A DNA stretch of 64,000 bases, from positions 64,001 to 128,000 of IMG/VR virus record IMGVR_UViG_3300046534_001374; one strand, written 5' to 3'. A model generated the notes under the pieces. The model was not told where the DNA came from. It made no database searches and worked only from the letters and a program-made list of their open reading frames with translations. Below, piece after piece: positions 19,765 through 29,474 of this stretch. A program made the translations under genes and the position numbers. Within the stretch, counting starts at the first letter, position 1. Every line of letters begins with the position of its first letter. Source of the stretch: a virus.

Positions 19765-20493
19765 TTATTTTAAATCTTTAAATTTATCAGTTATAGCCTT
19801 TGTGTCTGCCATCAATCTTAAGACACTTTCCCTATCCCAAACTTTTGAATCTTCGAAGTTTCCAATCCCATTCTTCATATCAATACACATCTGATATGTA
19901 TTGAGATATCCAGCAGCATCAACAATATTGTCTCTTTTCACTGAGTGTGTTTCTCTAGCAACTTTCAAAAGGGTCATCATTAGAGCCACGTCTTCGGGGG
20001 TGAGTTTAGAATCGGTTTTGTATTTCATATCGATATACCAATTCCATCCATCTGCAATGTTCTTGAAGTTTTCAGAAGGGTGGCCGTATGCAGATTGTCT
20101 AGCTCCATTGGTAAGCTCTTCAGCTTCGTCCAAGATACTTTTATTTTCCTTTTTTGGGGTCTGTAACGAATTCAAATCTTCGTCTAGAATCTGCATTCCA
20201 AATTCTTTCGCAAGAGCGCGTTCAATTGGCGCACCTCTGGAATTTTCCCAACCTTTCATCATGACTATACAATTACACTTCATTAGTTTTGCAATATCAT
20301 TTTTCATATAATCCTCCCATGAAGGATTCTCGAAATCTAAATCCAACTTGGAAGGGTTGATGATCTCGTATGTAACATTGGGATATTCACTTTTTAGAGT
20401 TTCTGTTACATCCTTTTCTAACTGCAAAAAAGCTTCTTTGTTGTGATTTGGGATACCTGTCATTGGTCCCGAGATATAGTAAACGTTATGCAT
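19765..20493 (-). CDS. DUF4406 (deoxyribosyltransferase-like) fused to a DUF6378-like domain
   Basis: 'YISGPMTG...N...F...GWE.SRGA..E' followed by 'IL.EA.....R...YG.P..NF..IA..W...KVARE...DN.VD.AGY'. Confidence 0.75.
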   Translation of the reverse strand: MHNVYYISGPMTGIPNHNKEAFLQLEKDVTETLKSEYPNVTYEIINPSKLDLDFENPSWEDYMKNDIAKLMKCNCIVMMKGWENSRGAPIERALAKEFGMQILDEDLNSLQTPKKENKSILDEAEELTNGARQSAYGHPSENFKNIADGWNWYIDMKYKTDSKLTPEDVALMMTLLKVARETHSVKRDNIVDAAGYLNTYQMCIDMKNGIGNFEDSKVWDRESVLRLMADTKAITDKFKDLK

Positions 20494-20979
20494 CTATCGA
20501 GTTTCGTAAACTTTAGTGAAATCGGTATTGGGCATAAACCATGTATCCTTTACGTCAACCTCGCCATCTTCCTCTAGATTCCACAGAACCCAACCATCGT
20601 TATTAGGGTTGGCGTATTCCATAGGTCCATCCAAAGTGCCCAGTTCAACAGGATTAATTCCAACTTGCTCTGCTTTGATTGGGTTCTTAGTCCAAAGATT
20701 AGAGGACCATTCATCGGGCATGAGACCTTCAAAAGGATTGTGTGAAGTCCATCCTACGGGATTGTGTTCATCGCCAGCAACTAGATGTGCGACTGTGTCT
20801 TTATCGTTAATCTGAACCCAACATCCTTTAAGATGTTCTTGTTTATTTCCTTCTCCCCAAGAAGTTGATTTGTCTAAGGAAATAGGGTCTGCGCACCAAA
20901 ACATCATTTTTGGTTCGTCTGTTTTTTTGTAGTAGGTTTTCATTTTTAGTTCTTCTGGTTTTCTGTAGTAGGTCTCCAT
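20494..20979 (-). CDS. Hypothetical protein (PGDYG-like C-terminus)
   Basis: 'TLDGPM...G.V....G....F.KVYE' ending; start reassigned to METYY. Confidence 0.5.
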   Translation of the reverse strand: METYYRKPEELKMKTYYKKTDEPKMMFWCADPISLDKSTSWGEGNKQEHLKGCWVQINDKDTVAHLVAGDEHNPVGWTSHNPFEGLMPDEWSSNLWTKNPIKAEQVGINPVELGTLDGPMEYANPNNDGWVLWNLEEDGEVDVKDTWFMPNTDFTKVYETR

Positions 20980-21100
20980 AAATTTGAAGTTACCATACGA
21001 ATTCCTCAAAACAACCCCTAAAATGAAAATAATCGAAAATGTGGAAAACCTCAAAATTTCCCCGCACCTAAATATAATATATGTTTTATATAAGATTAAT

Positions 21101-21178
21101 ACGGTTTTAAATGAAGTTGTTATAGTATTATGTGTTCCGCCAGAGGCGGTTATATTATTAATATTATATTAAAACCGT
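21101..21178. other. AT-rich imperfect palindrome in divergent intergenic region (candidate origin or regulatory element)
   Basis: ACGGTTTTAA (21101) pairs with TTAAAACCGT (21169), around a central CCGCC-aga-GGCGG hairpin. Confidence 0.4.
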
Positions 21179-21288
21179 TTTTATTCTTTATTTAATCCAG
21201 ATTCTAAGAATATTTAATATCTAGGTAAAAATTTTTCAAGCCATAAAATGAAAAAAGATGAAAAAAGATTTTTATTTGCTTTGAAAAG

Positions 21289-21317
21289 TTGAATTCGCTT
21301 AGGCATTATGCTATAAT
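21289..21317 (+). promoter_or_regulatory. Sigma70-type promoter
   Basis: TTGAAT-N17-TATAAT with a TG extended -10; ATG 7 nt downstream. Confidence 0.75.
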
Positions 21318-21324
21318 CCTTCAT

Positions 21325-21816
21325 ATGAGTGAGGGTCAATACGATGTTTTTGATAAAATGATTACAAAAATCAAAAGCCGCAATGCTAAAAAAATAGCAC
21401 AGGATTATTTTGATGATTGGGAACGGGATGCATCGGTAGACCAGCTAACATTAATGGTTAAATTAGAGGAGGTTTCTTTGATTGCACATAAATGGTCAAA
21501 GAGAAATTTTGACCAAAAAATGTATTTGTATGAACTTGGTAGAATGAGAGAAACTGTTTTTCAAAAACTTAAAAAAATCAAACAACATTCAGGAGATATT
21601 TTAGATAAAAGTAGATTTGGAACACTGTCAGAGGATGCTCCAGCTTGGGGTTATGCGTTAAAGAAGGAACAACCTCTTATAGATATTGATAATAGCATTG
21701 CAGAGAATGTGTTGTTGTCTGAGTTTATTCAGGAATATGTAAACTTTGCAAAATTCACATTGATGAAGTCTTGTAGTAGTATTGTTGAACTTAAAAAAGT
21801 CGAAGCCCTAACATAA
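21325..21816 (+). CDS. Probable UvsY-like recombination mediator
   Basis: Helical 163 aa protein immediately upstream of UvsW; similarity is weak. Confidence 0.45.
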   Translation: MSEGQYDVFDKMITKIKSRNAKKIAQDYFDDWERDASVDQLTLMVKLEEVSLIAHKWSKRNFDQKMYLYELGRMRETVFQKLKKIKQHSGDILDKSRFGTLSEDAPAWGYALKKEQPLIDIDNSIAENVLLSEFIQEYVNFAKFTLMKSCSSIVELKKVEALT

Positions 21817-23309
21817 TGCTGGAATTTCAAATAAATATTGATCTTGATGAAGAAGGCAACGGTGTTCTTGAAAGCACTCATTTCGAAATCATTAGGAATA
21901 AATTTTCATGGGCAAACCCAGAGTATAGATTTGCTCCGAAATGGAGAAAGAATCAGCTTATGAAAAAATGTTATGCAATCGACACAAACGGAAAATTCCC
22001 AATCGGATTACTGAATGAGATTTATGATTTCACAAAAGCATTCATACCACACCTAAACAAAAATCAATTTATTGTTAGCTCCAGAGCTAGGTATTTTTAT
22101 GAACCCTCGTTCTTATTACCAACGAAATACGAACTCCACCAATTTGATGGTTGGGAATATCGCGATATCCAGTTGAAAGCTTTAGATCGAGTATTCGTAA
22201 GAGGTAGAGGTATCGTTAAGGTTGGAACTAGTGGAGGGAAAGGGTTAATCATGGCTTCCATTTGTAGGACTATTTTGAACTACAACCCTTGCCAGACTAT
22301 TGCCATTTTGGTTCCGACACATTTGGTTGGGAAAACCTACGATGAATTTATTGACGAATTTAAATTCACCACGGAGCAAGTTTCCCAATGGACCGCTAAA
22401 GGGAAAGAAGATTTCACTACACCGATAATCATTGTTGGATCAAATCTTTCAGTTGCCCGTGCAGAGAAGTTTCACCAACACATCGGAAACCGAAATCTTT
22501 TTTTAATTGATGAATGTCACATAATAAAGGATTCCAGTAAAATAACGCAACTGGTTAAATCGGTCAAGACTAACAATATTATTGGGTTTACCGGAACTCT
22601 ACCACCAGAACCACAAGACCTTTATTCTGTTTTAGGAAATATTGGTAAAGTTGTTTGCAACGTAGAGTCCTCTGAACTCAGGGATAAAGGTTTGAAGGCA
22701 CGTTCCAAGGTTTACTCTACATGTTTCACAGGGTGCTCCTACAAGCCCGTAAAGGAGTATGTAGATGAAGAAGGTAGCGAGAAGATTTACACAGACACTC
22801 AAATGTTCACGAATGAGATGGAATACCTTTTGAGATCTCCAGAAAGAACAGATTATATTTGTCGCTGGGTTTTAAAAGTATGCACCGGAAATACCATGAT
22901 TCCGGTTGATCGTGATTTTCATGAAGAGATTTTAAAAGAAAGGCTTGAAAATTGCGGAAGAAAGGTTATCGTCATAAATGGAGACACCCCAGAAGAAGAA
23001 AGAACCAAGGCATACTCCGATATGGAGAATGAGGAAGGGACTATTCTAATTGTCAAAACAGGAGTAATGAGAGAAGGAATTTCAATTAAGAATTTGAGCT
23101 TTATGGTTGGGTTCTTTGCGCAGAAATCATTTATCAGGATAATCCAACTACTCGGTCGAATCGAAAGATTAGGCGGAAATGAGGTTCCGATCTTTTTTGA
23201 TTTCTATGACACCACATATTTCAGTAAGAAACACTACACCGAGAGGAAGTCTTTCTATAAAAAGGACAAAACACCAGTTGTCGAAAAAAGGGTGAAACTT
23301 AACTATTAA
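21816..23309 (+). CDS. uvsW: UvsW-like SF2 DNA helicase
   Basis: GTSGGKG, DECH, GFTGT, EGISI and QLLGRIER motifs. Confidence 0.9.
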   Translation: MLEFQINIDLDEEGNGVLESTHFEIIRNKFSWANPEYRFAPKWRKNQLMKKCYAIDTNGKFPIGLLNEIYDFTKAFIPHLNKNQFIVSSRARYFYEPSFLLPTKYELHQFDGWEYRDIQLKALDRVFVRGRGIVKVGTSGGKGLIMASICRTILNYNPCQTIAILVPTHLVGKTYDEFIDEFKFTTEQVSQWTAKGKEDFTTPIIIVGSNLSVARAEKFHQHIGNRNLFLIDECHIIKDSSKITQLVKSVKTNNIIGFTGTLPPEPQDLYSVLGNIGKVVCNVESSELRDKGLKARSKVYSTCFTGCSYKPVKEYVDEEGSEKIYTDTQMFTNEMEYLLRSPERTDYICRWVLKVCTGNTMIPVDRDFHEEILKERLENCGRKVIVINGDTPEEERTKAYSDMENEEGTILIVKTGVMREGISIKNLSFMVGFFAQKSFIRIIQLLGRIERLGGNEVPIFFDFYDTTYFSKKHYTERKSFYKKDKTPVVEKRVKLNY

Positions 23310-23313
23310 TTTT

Positions 23314-24159
23314 ATGAGTAAGAAAAACGAGAAACATTATGTAATCAAGGAAGACCTTTGGCAGGAGATTAAGGAATTTTATGATTCCGAAGGGGCTATG
23401 GGCAACACATTAGGTGTTGTGATTGACAATATTGCCAACAAAATTATGACTAGTCAAAACTTCAGCGGATATCCTTATAAGCAAGAGATGATCAGTGATG
23501 CTGTTTTGAGGATGGTTACAACGTTATCAGAACGTAAATTTAAACTATGGAGTGACGCCAAATGTAAGAAAATCCAATATAGGTCTTTCGTAGGCTACAA
23601 GGTTGACGGTGAGGTTGATCTTGAAAAGGGCGAGGTTTTACAAGTTAATTCTTTTAATATCTTCGAAAATATTGAATCCCATGAACCTAAAAATAAGGTT
23701 GCGAAAAAAATTAAAGATGTATCAATATTTGATATTGACGCCGAACATTTTTTCCATGAAGATATTAAAGGAGTTGTCAAGAAAACCCCTTGTTGGAAAA
23801 AGAATAGAGTCGCAAAGGGGGTTAGTATTGTTAAAACTGGCGATCCTAATGATTTTTTGGAAATCCACACATATATCGAATCTGACAAGAAAGTTAATGG
23901 CCGAAACCTTTACGTTGTCGGTGACATGTATGATAAAGGAGGTAAGGTAGTTAGGCAGAAAAGTAATGCCTTTGGTTATCTATCTCAAATTGCGAAACAC
24001 GAAGCAGTCACTAGAATTAAAAAAGAAAAGAAAAACACCGACGCAATTCGAACACACCAAGAAGATGAAATGGTTTCGTTTCAGTCTGAGAATTGCGAGA
24101 TGACTCCGCAAAGAATTTTTGACGACAGTTACGAAAGTTACGATAGCAACAATGAGTAA
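23314..24159 (+). CDS. Late-transcription sigma factor (gp55-like) with internal insertion
   Basis: 'HYV...IA.....NFSGYPYK.EMISDA' and 'NAFGYLSQIA...RIKKEKK'; located just upstream of gp47. Confidence 0.85.
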   Translation: MSKKNEKHYVIKEDLWQEIKEFYDSEGAMGNTLGVVIDNIANKIMTSQNFSGYPYKQEMISDAVLRMVTTLSERKFKLWSDAKCKKIQYRSFVGYKVDGEVDLEKGEVLQVNSFNIFENIESHEPKNKVAKKIKDVSIFDIDAEHFFHEDIKGVVKKTPCWKKNRVAKGVSIVKTGDPNDFLEIHTYIESDKKVNGRNLYVVGDMYDKGGKVVRQKSNAFGYLSQIAKHEAVTRIKKEKKNTDAIRTHQEDEMVSFQSENCEMTPQRIFDDSYESYDSNNE

Positions 24160-24391
24160 TATTAATATGTTTTATTTAATTGAAGACCACGAATATTGTA
24201 GCGATGTCGATGAGATCTACTGGCACCACAAAACAGTCCTATTCGAAAACGCTAATAAAAAAGTAGTTGAATTCGAACTTGGGAAATGTCATGATCACTC
24301 ATATGAGGTTTCGGGTTATCACATGGATTATTTGAAACATTTTATAGTGGATGAAGAAACACTAGAAACACTAGAACTACGGGGTTTATAA
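24152..24391 (+). CDS. Hypothetical protein
   Basis: Operonic ORF. Confidence 0.5.
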   Translation: MSNINMFYLIEDHEYCSDVDEIYWHHKTVLFENANKKVVEFELGKCHDHSYEVSGYHMDYLKHFIVDEETLETLELRGL

Positions 24392-24582
24392 TGACACAAT
24401 TAGAAGGAACCTACGCAGAGGATGACGAGGAATTTGAATATGTATGTCGGGTATTTTGGTGGGGAAAGGGTTCCGATATAGAATGGGTTAATGGATCGGG
24501 GGAGGCTGTAGATGTAAGCCACGGCGATGTTTTGAGAATGTTTGGTAATGGCACATGGTGCGCACTGTATAGAAAAAAATAG
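24391..24582 (+). CDS. Hypothetical protein
   Basis: Operonic ORF with TAATG stop-start coupling. Confidence 0.55.
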   Translation: MTQLEGTYAEDDEEFEYVCRVFWWGKGSDIEWVNGSGEAVDVSHGDVLRMFGNGTWCALYRKK

Positions 24583-24583
24583 T

Positions 24584-25651
24584 ATGAAAATTAAAGGTAA
24601 ACAAATAGGTATTATAGGAGATCTACACTTAGGTTCTAAGAACGGAACCCATGCAGATAAATGGGAGAAGGTTTATGACGATGTCCTAGAATGGATTGAA
24701 GAATCATTCTTAAACAGGGTTGAAACTATCATGTTCCTCGGAGATATCTTCGATGGGAGATTTAGCAAGACTAGTGAGAAAGCTATGTCTTTCAGGACAC
24801 TTAACTATGCCGATAAATTCTTTGAGCGTTTGGCTCAGAACTTTGAAGTTATTGCCTTCAGTGGTAACCATGATGTTTACTATAAAGATAGTTGTGAGGT
24901 TAGTGCTTTGACTCTGTTAGAAAACAAACCAAACATAAGAGTTGTATCTAAGCCAACGCCTTTTGAGGTTGATGATAGGGTTTATAAAATACTACCTTGG
25001 GCTTGCTGCCCATTTACCGGACATCAGAAGGGTGAGGTTTATGATGCAATCTTCGCTCACTTGGATATCCAAACATTTAAGATGAACGCTCACAAGGTCT
25101 CTGAGCACGGGTATACACCAAAAGCCTTATTCGAGATCTGCGATGTTGTTTATACCGGACATTATCACGGAAGACAACAGAGGGAATACCAGAAGGGTAA
25201 GAAGGGGATCTACTACGTAGGGACACCCCTACAGTTGGATTGGAATGAAGCAGGTAAGGACAGTTTCATTTACATTCTGGATCTATCTAAAAATAAAATG
25301 GTAGAAGAGTTTGAAAATGACTTTTCACCGAAACATATTAAAATGGATGCTAGTTCCATTATCAAAAATAAAGGAAAAGATATTGGTCATAATATTGTAG
25401 AGGTTTTGTGGGATATATCACCAGAGGAAAATCTAACAAAGATGGAAGGAGTTCTAGAAGGAATTCAAACCTTCTCACATAAAATGAACTTCGAAAAAAC
25501 CATCACCGTTGATGTCAATGAATTGAAACTTATAACCGAAGCTATTGAACCGACAGAACAAGCGGAGGAATATATCAATCAAATGGATTGGCCTAATACA
25601 GATAAAGTAGTTGAAAAATCAGTATCCTTCATTAACATCGTAAAAGTATGA
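24584..25651 (+). CDS. Recombination endonuclease nuclease subunit (gp47/SbcD/Mre11)
   Basis: GDLHLG, GDIFD, GNHD, AHLD and GHYH motifs. Confidence 0.92.
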   Translation: MKIKGKQIGIIGDLHLGSKNGTHADKWEKVYDDVLEWIEESFLNRVETIMFLGDIFDGRFSKTSEKAMSFRTLNYADKFFERLAQNFEVIAFSGNHDVYYKDSCEVSALTLLENKPNIRVVSKPTPFEVDDRVYKILPWACCPFTGHQKGEVYDAIFAHLDIQTFKMNAHKVSEHGYTPKALFEICDVVYTGHYHGRQQREYQKGKKGIYYVGTPLQLDWNEAGKDSFIYILDLSKNKMVEEFENDFSPKHIKMDASSIIKNKGKDIGHNIVEVLWDISPEENLTKMEGVLEGIQTFSHKMNFEKTITVDVNELKLITEAIEPTEQAEEYINQMDWPNTDKVVEKSVSFINIVKV

Positions 25652-26844
25652 GGAGTATCATTAGAGAGAAAAAAGACAGGGTTAATATAGGAGATCTTGA
25701 GTCTATGGGTATGGACAATCGCGGCGGGTTCCACCCTTCGGTATTTTTTGCTAAAAGGACAGGACATTCTGGGTTGGTTTATAATTACGTAGAACCTGCT
25801 TTATTTAAGACGTTATGGACTAAACCAACAACAAACGGAATCATTTACCGAAATGACCTGATTGATATGTTGAACGAACACCCCGACTATATGGTTGTAT
25901 CGCTACATCAAAATACCGTAGATATGAGATCCCTACTAGATGACGAAGAGTTAGGGTATTATGGATCAATTAGAGAATATAATCAGATTTGGTTTTATGA
26001 CACCCTAAACCGGATGGTTTTAGGTCTTGTATATAACGATAAGGGTTGTTCCCATACTACATTTTTTTGTTTAAAATCTGAAACTCATGTGGATTATATA
26101 AAAACGGTTGAAGACTACAAGTTGAGCGAAGAGGAATTTGTAAAGGACCAAATCCCTAAAGTATTTATATTAGAGAGTAATCAGTTAGAAGGTCTTTTCA
26201 AAACCCCTTTCGGGTTATCCGAGATAGATGTAGACCTTGATATGAACTATAATGAGGATATCCTCGATATGGACAACAATATGGAAAGGTTCATCAATAA
26301 TAAAGAAACCGGAAATGGCCTGTGTTTGTTACACGGCGACCCGTCAGGGGGTAAGACGAGTTACATTAAGCATTTGATACAGACATACCCAGCAACACCC
26401 TTTGTGTTTATAGCACCGTCTATGGTGACCGCATTCGCATCTCCTGAATTTACCTCGTTTTTGAGATCTAATAAGGGTGCTATTATGATTATTGAAGATG
26501 CTGAATCTATTCTTAGAAAGAGGGAGGACGGTGAGCGTAATGATTGTGTTGCCAACTTACTACAAATGACTGATGGTTTACTTTCGGATGCATATAATTT
26601 AAAGATCATAGCTACATTCAATACCGGATTGAAGCATATTGACGAGGCTCTTACAAGAAAGGGCAGGTTGCATGTAGAGTATAAATTCGGAAAGTTGTCA
26701 CTGTCCAAGTCTAAACTGAAAGCAAAGGAACTAGGTATAGACGAGGATCTAATCACAGATCCAATGATGTTAGGGGAAATTTATAACTTTCTTAAAGAAA
26801 ATGGTGTGAAAAAGGTGGAAAAAAGAAAAATTGGGTTTAATTAA
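25648..26844 (+). CDS. AAA+ ATPase
   Basis: GDPSGGKT, IIEDAE, LLQMTDG, TFN and ALTRKGRL motifs. Confidence 0.88.
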   Translation: MRSIIREKKDRVNIGDLESMGMDNRGGFHPSVFFAKRTGHSGLVYNYVEPALFKTLWTKPTTNGIIYRNDLIDMLNEHPDYMVVSLHQNTVDMRSLLDDEELGYYGSIREYNQIWFYDTLNRMVLGLVYNDKGCSHTTFFCLKSETHVDYIKTVEDYKLSEEEFVKDQIPKVFILESNQLEGLFKTPFGLSEIDVDLDMNYNEDILDMDNNMERFINNKETGNGLCLLHGDPSGGKTSYIKHLIQTYPATPFVFIAPSMVTAFASPEFTSFLRSNKGAIMIIEDAESILRKREDGERNDCVANLLQMTDGLLSDAYNLKIIATFNTGLKHIDEALTRKGRLHVEYKFGKLSLSKSKLKAKELGIDEDLITDPMMLGEIYNFLKENGVKKVEKRKIGFN

Positions 26845-26849
26845 AGTTT

Positions 26850-27476
26850 ATGGCTAATAAGAAGACAGCAAAAACTAAGACAGCAACTGTAAAGAAAGAG
26901 GTTGCAACTACAGATATCGCAAATGTGTTTAAGGATGAAATTCCCCAAGCCAAAAAAAATTGGGCACCCAGTCAGGGTGTCGGCGAAGGGGGGGTGGTCG
27001 AAAGCTTTTCTGATGTTGAAGTTTCAGAGAATCAGTTTTCACCCGAAACTGATTTAAAAGGAGGAGTCCGACCCAACGTGGAATTGCAGTTGGCGGCTAT
27101 GCAAAATTCTATTGCGGAATTAGCTAAAATTCAAAGAGAATCCTTACAACTACAGGCTTCCGAACCTGCTGGAACTCCCCGTGGTCATGATATTGAACAA
27201 AATAATAGAAAAACTGCATTGACATCGGCTCAGAAGACTTCAACTTCAGTGAAATTGTCAGAACCACAACGCAGTCCAGCATATGTCGGAGGAAATCCAG
27301 AAGGACTTGAAGAGCGAGTTCGTAGATTTATTGCGGAGTTGGCGTCATACGAAACGAAAGCTCGCTCACTCAGTAAAGAAATGGTTCGGGATATTGATAT
27401 GAAGCGACAGGATTCGGCAAATGCCGATAACTTCAAATGGTTTCAAGATCGGTTGAACGACATTATTAAAGGATAA
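26850..27476 (+). CDS. Hypothetical protein
   Basis: 208 aa ORF. Confidence 0.7.
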   Translation: MANKKTAKTKTATVKKEVATTDIANVFKDEIPQAKKNWAPSQGVGEGGVVESFSDVEVSENQFSPETDLKGGVRPNVELQLAAMQNSIAELAKIQRESLQLQASEPAGTPRGHDIEQNNRKTALTSAQKTSTSVKLSEPQRSPAYVGGNPEGLEERVRRFIAELASYETKARSLSKEMVRDIDMKRQDSANADNFKWFQDRLNDIIKG

Positions 27477-27480
27477 AATT

Positions 27481-27711
27481 ATGAACGAAGAAACTAGAGA
27501 AACATACGAAGAGGAACTATTAAGGCTTCAAGTTGAAAATCAAAGGATACAAAACGCAATTTTATTGTCAAATCACACATCAGTGTCCTTACTATATCTC
27601 TTGAAGAGAGATATAGGTTGGACTGATGATGAATTGAAAGAAAACGAAGCATGGTTAATGAGGGAGTTTAAAGTTTCATTTGCTAACAATCAGACTTTAG
27701 CGTGTGGTTAG
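27481..27711 (+). CDS. Hypothetical protein
   Basis: Operonic ORF. Confidence 0.55.
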   Translation: MNEETRETYEEELLRLQVENQRIQNAILLSNHTSVSLLYLLKRDIGWTDDELKENEAWLMREFKVSFANNQTLACG

Positions 27712-27714
27712 GGT

Positions 27715-28194
27715 ATGAAAATTATTGAAGGTAATTTATTAGACTTCCCCGAAGATATAGACTTCGCTTATCACAACGCGAATTGTAGAGCTTGTATGGG
27801 ATCTGGAATAGCTCTGGAGGTCAGAAAAAGATTTCCAGAGGTATTCCAATCTGATAAAGATTATTCGATTCAAGTAGGTCCGAGGAGACTAGGGAATTAT
27901 TCTTTTTCCAAATTGAAGAAAGCCCCCGATAAAAGAGTCTACAATTTGTATGGACAAGATTTGGGTGGCGAAGTTCCATTTAGGATTAAGTCTTATATGT
28001 CTGCTCTCCTCAAATCACTTAAACATATCAGGAATGAATGTAGCGTCAATAAAACCAAACTACCTATTCTAGGATTCCCTTGGTTAGTTGGTGCGGGATT
28101 AGGTGGCGGATATTTTCCATACATTAAAGATGTTACCGAATGGATGTTGGATCAAAATGGATTTGAAGGGGTGTGGGTAAAATTTAATGAATGA
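27715..28194 (+). CDS. Macrodomain protein (ADP-ribose processing)
   Basis: 'IEGNLL...HNANC...MGSGIA...FP.VGAGLGGG' macrodomain motifs. Confidence 0.88.
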   Translation: MKIIEGNLLDFPEDIDFAYHNANCRACMGSGIALEVRKRFPEVFQSDKDYSIQVGPRRLGNYSFSKLKKAPDKRVYNLYGQDLGGEVPFRIKSYMSALLKSLKHIRNECSVNKTKLPILGFPWLVGAGLGGGYFPYIKDVTEWMLDQNGFEGVWVKFNE

Positions 28195-28450
28195 TAAAGA
28201 TTTCCATTTGTTAGGCGAAGAAAGCGAAATCCAACACACACTCTGCATTGACATGGGTTTAGAGGAGCTTTATGGTTTGGATGTAGTCATAGACCGAGAA
28301 ATCGTAGACCAGCACCTAAGGACGTTTATATGTCCATTAAAGGGTGTTACATGGGTCTATTATGATGAACATCCCTTGGTCGTTACGTGGACAGAAGAAT
28401 TCGAAGGGACTACAACAACCTTCACTAGATTATTATTTGAGAGTTTATAG
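28187..28450 (+). CDS. Hypothetical protein
   Basis: Operonic ORF. Confidence 0.55.
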   Translation: MNDKDFHLLGEESEIQHTLCIDMGLEELYGLDVVIDREIVDQHLRTFICPLKGVTWVYYDEHPLVVTWTEEFEGTTTTFTRLLFESL

Positions 28451-28485
28451 CTTGACCCGAAGAAAAAATAGCCCACCATCACCGT

Positions 28486-28935
28486 ATGGACCTAGCCGAT
28501 AAACCCTACGAGATTGGAGATGTAATCCAATCTATAGAAACCCACACATCACCCTCTATCGAGGAATGTATTGAAACCCCTGCCGATCATTGGTGGGTTC
28601 GTTTTGTCAAAATAGTTGTAGCAGAAACCGAAGACGACGTAGATATTGTTTACGGAAAATACACCTTGAATAACGAAAGTTGTATTTGTAGTTGTAGAGA
28701 TTGGGCGGGTATTTGGGATTTTGGAAATTATAGCTATAAACACCACTATAATTGTGAGCACTATGATGACACTATTATCGAAGTGGTCAGGGTCTCTTTA
28801 GATGGGAATTGTTATTACGAAAAGAGTATGTCGGAAGCATTAGAACATAAGAATGAAAACGACTCGGTTAAGTTTGAGTATATGTTTATGGAGAAATCCA
28901 ACTACGAAGAGCTACCTGAATTTGAAGGATTTTAA
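28486..28935 (+). CDS. Hypothetical protein
   Basis: ORF behind a TTGACC promoter-like site. Confidence 0.6.
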   Translation: MDLADKPYEIGDVIQSIETHTSPSIEECIETPADHWWVRFVKIVVAETEDDVDIVYGKYTLNNESCICSCRDWAGIWDFGNYSYKHHYNCEHYDDTIIEVVRVSLDGNCYYEKSMSEALEHKNENDSVKFEYMFMEKSNYEELPEFEGF

Positions 28936-28937
28936 TT

Positions 28938-29384
28938 ATGAAAGAAATGAAAGAAGAATATAGTGTATCATATGATAGTTTTACAGATCGTTTTCATATT
29001 TATAAAACCGATGAACCAAACCCTTTAAAGCGCGGTATATCCGATGAAGATTTGACCGAAGAAAATAAACCCTTTTTTCAAAAACTAATCAATCAATACG
29101 CTGAAGAGAATAAGGATATTATCTATCAAAAGAAAGAATATAATAAAGTAAGCTCTTTGTTCGAAAACAATCGAAAAAAAGCTACAGTAGAGGGTGTTAA
29201 GATTATTTTACCTGATGATTTTAACCCTGATTTTGATGATTGGGAAAAATTTATCAAACATAAAACCAATACCGATTCTGTGTTTATTTATGATGATATT
29301 AGATTTCTCAGCGGAACTGCTGGATTTATGATTAAGGACAAACAAGGGAAAGTAAAAAAACAGTTAGTTATTTGGAGAAGTTAA
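28938..29384 (+). CDS. Hypothetical protein
   Basis: Operonic ORF. Confidence 0.6.
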   Translation: MKEMKEEYSVSYDSFTDRFHIYKTDEPNPLKRGISDEDLTEENKPFFQKLINQYAEENKDIIYQKKEYNKVSSLFENNRKKATVEGVKIILPDDFNPDFDDWEKFIKHKTNTDSVFIYDDIRFLSGTAGFMIKDKQGKVKKQLVIWRS

Positions 29385-29474
29385 ATTTATAGTTGTGAGA
29401 TCAACTTTAAAAAACTCAATTATATTAGTTGCCTTGGAAGCACTGAAAACATCACCTACGACAAAGAAAAAAAT

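Noticed and set aside
23548-23958. Intein in gp55
   Set aside because: No recognisable intein block A or terminal HN followed by C/S/T.
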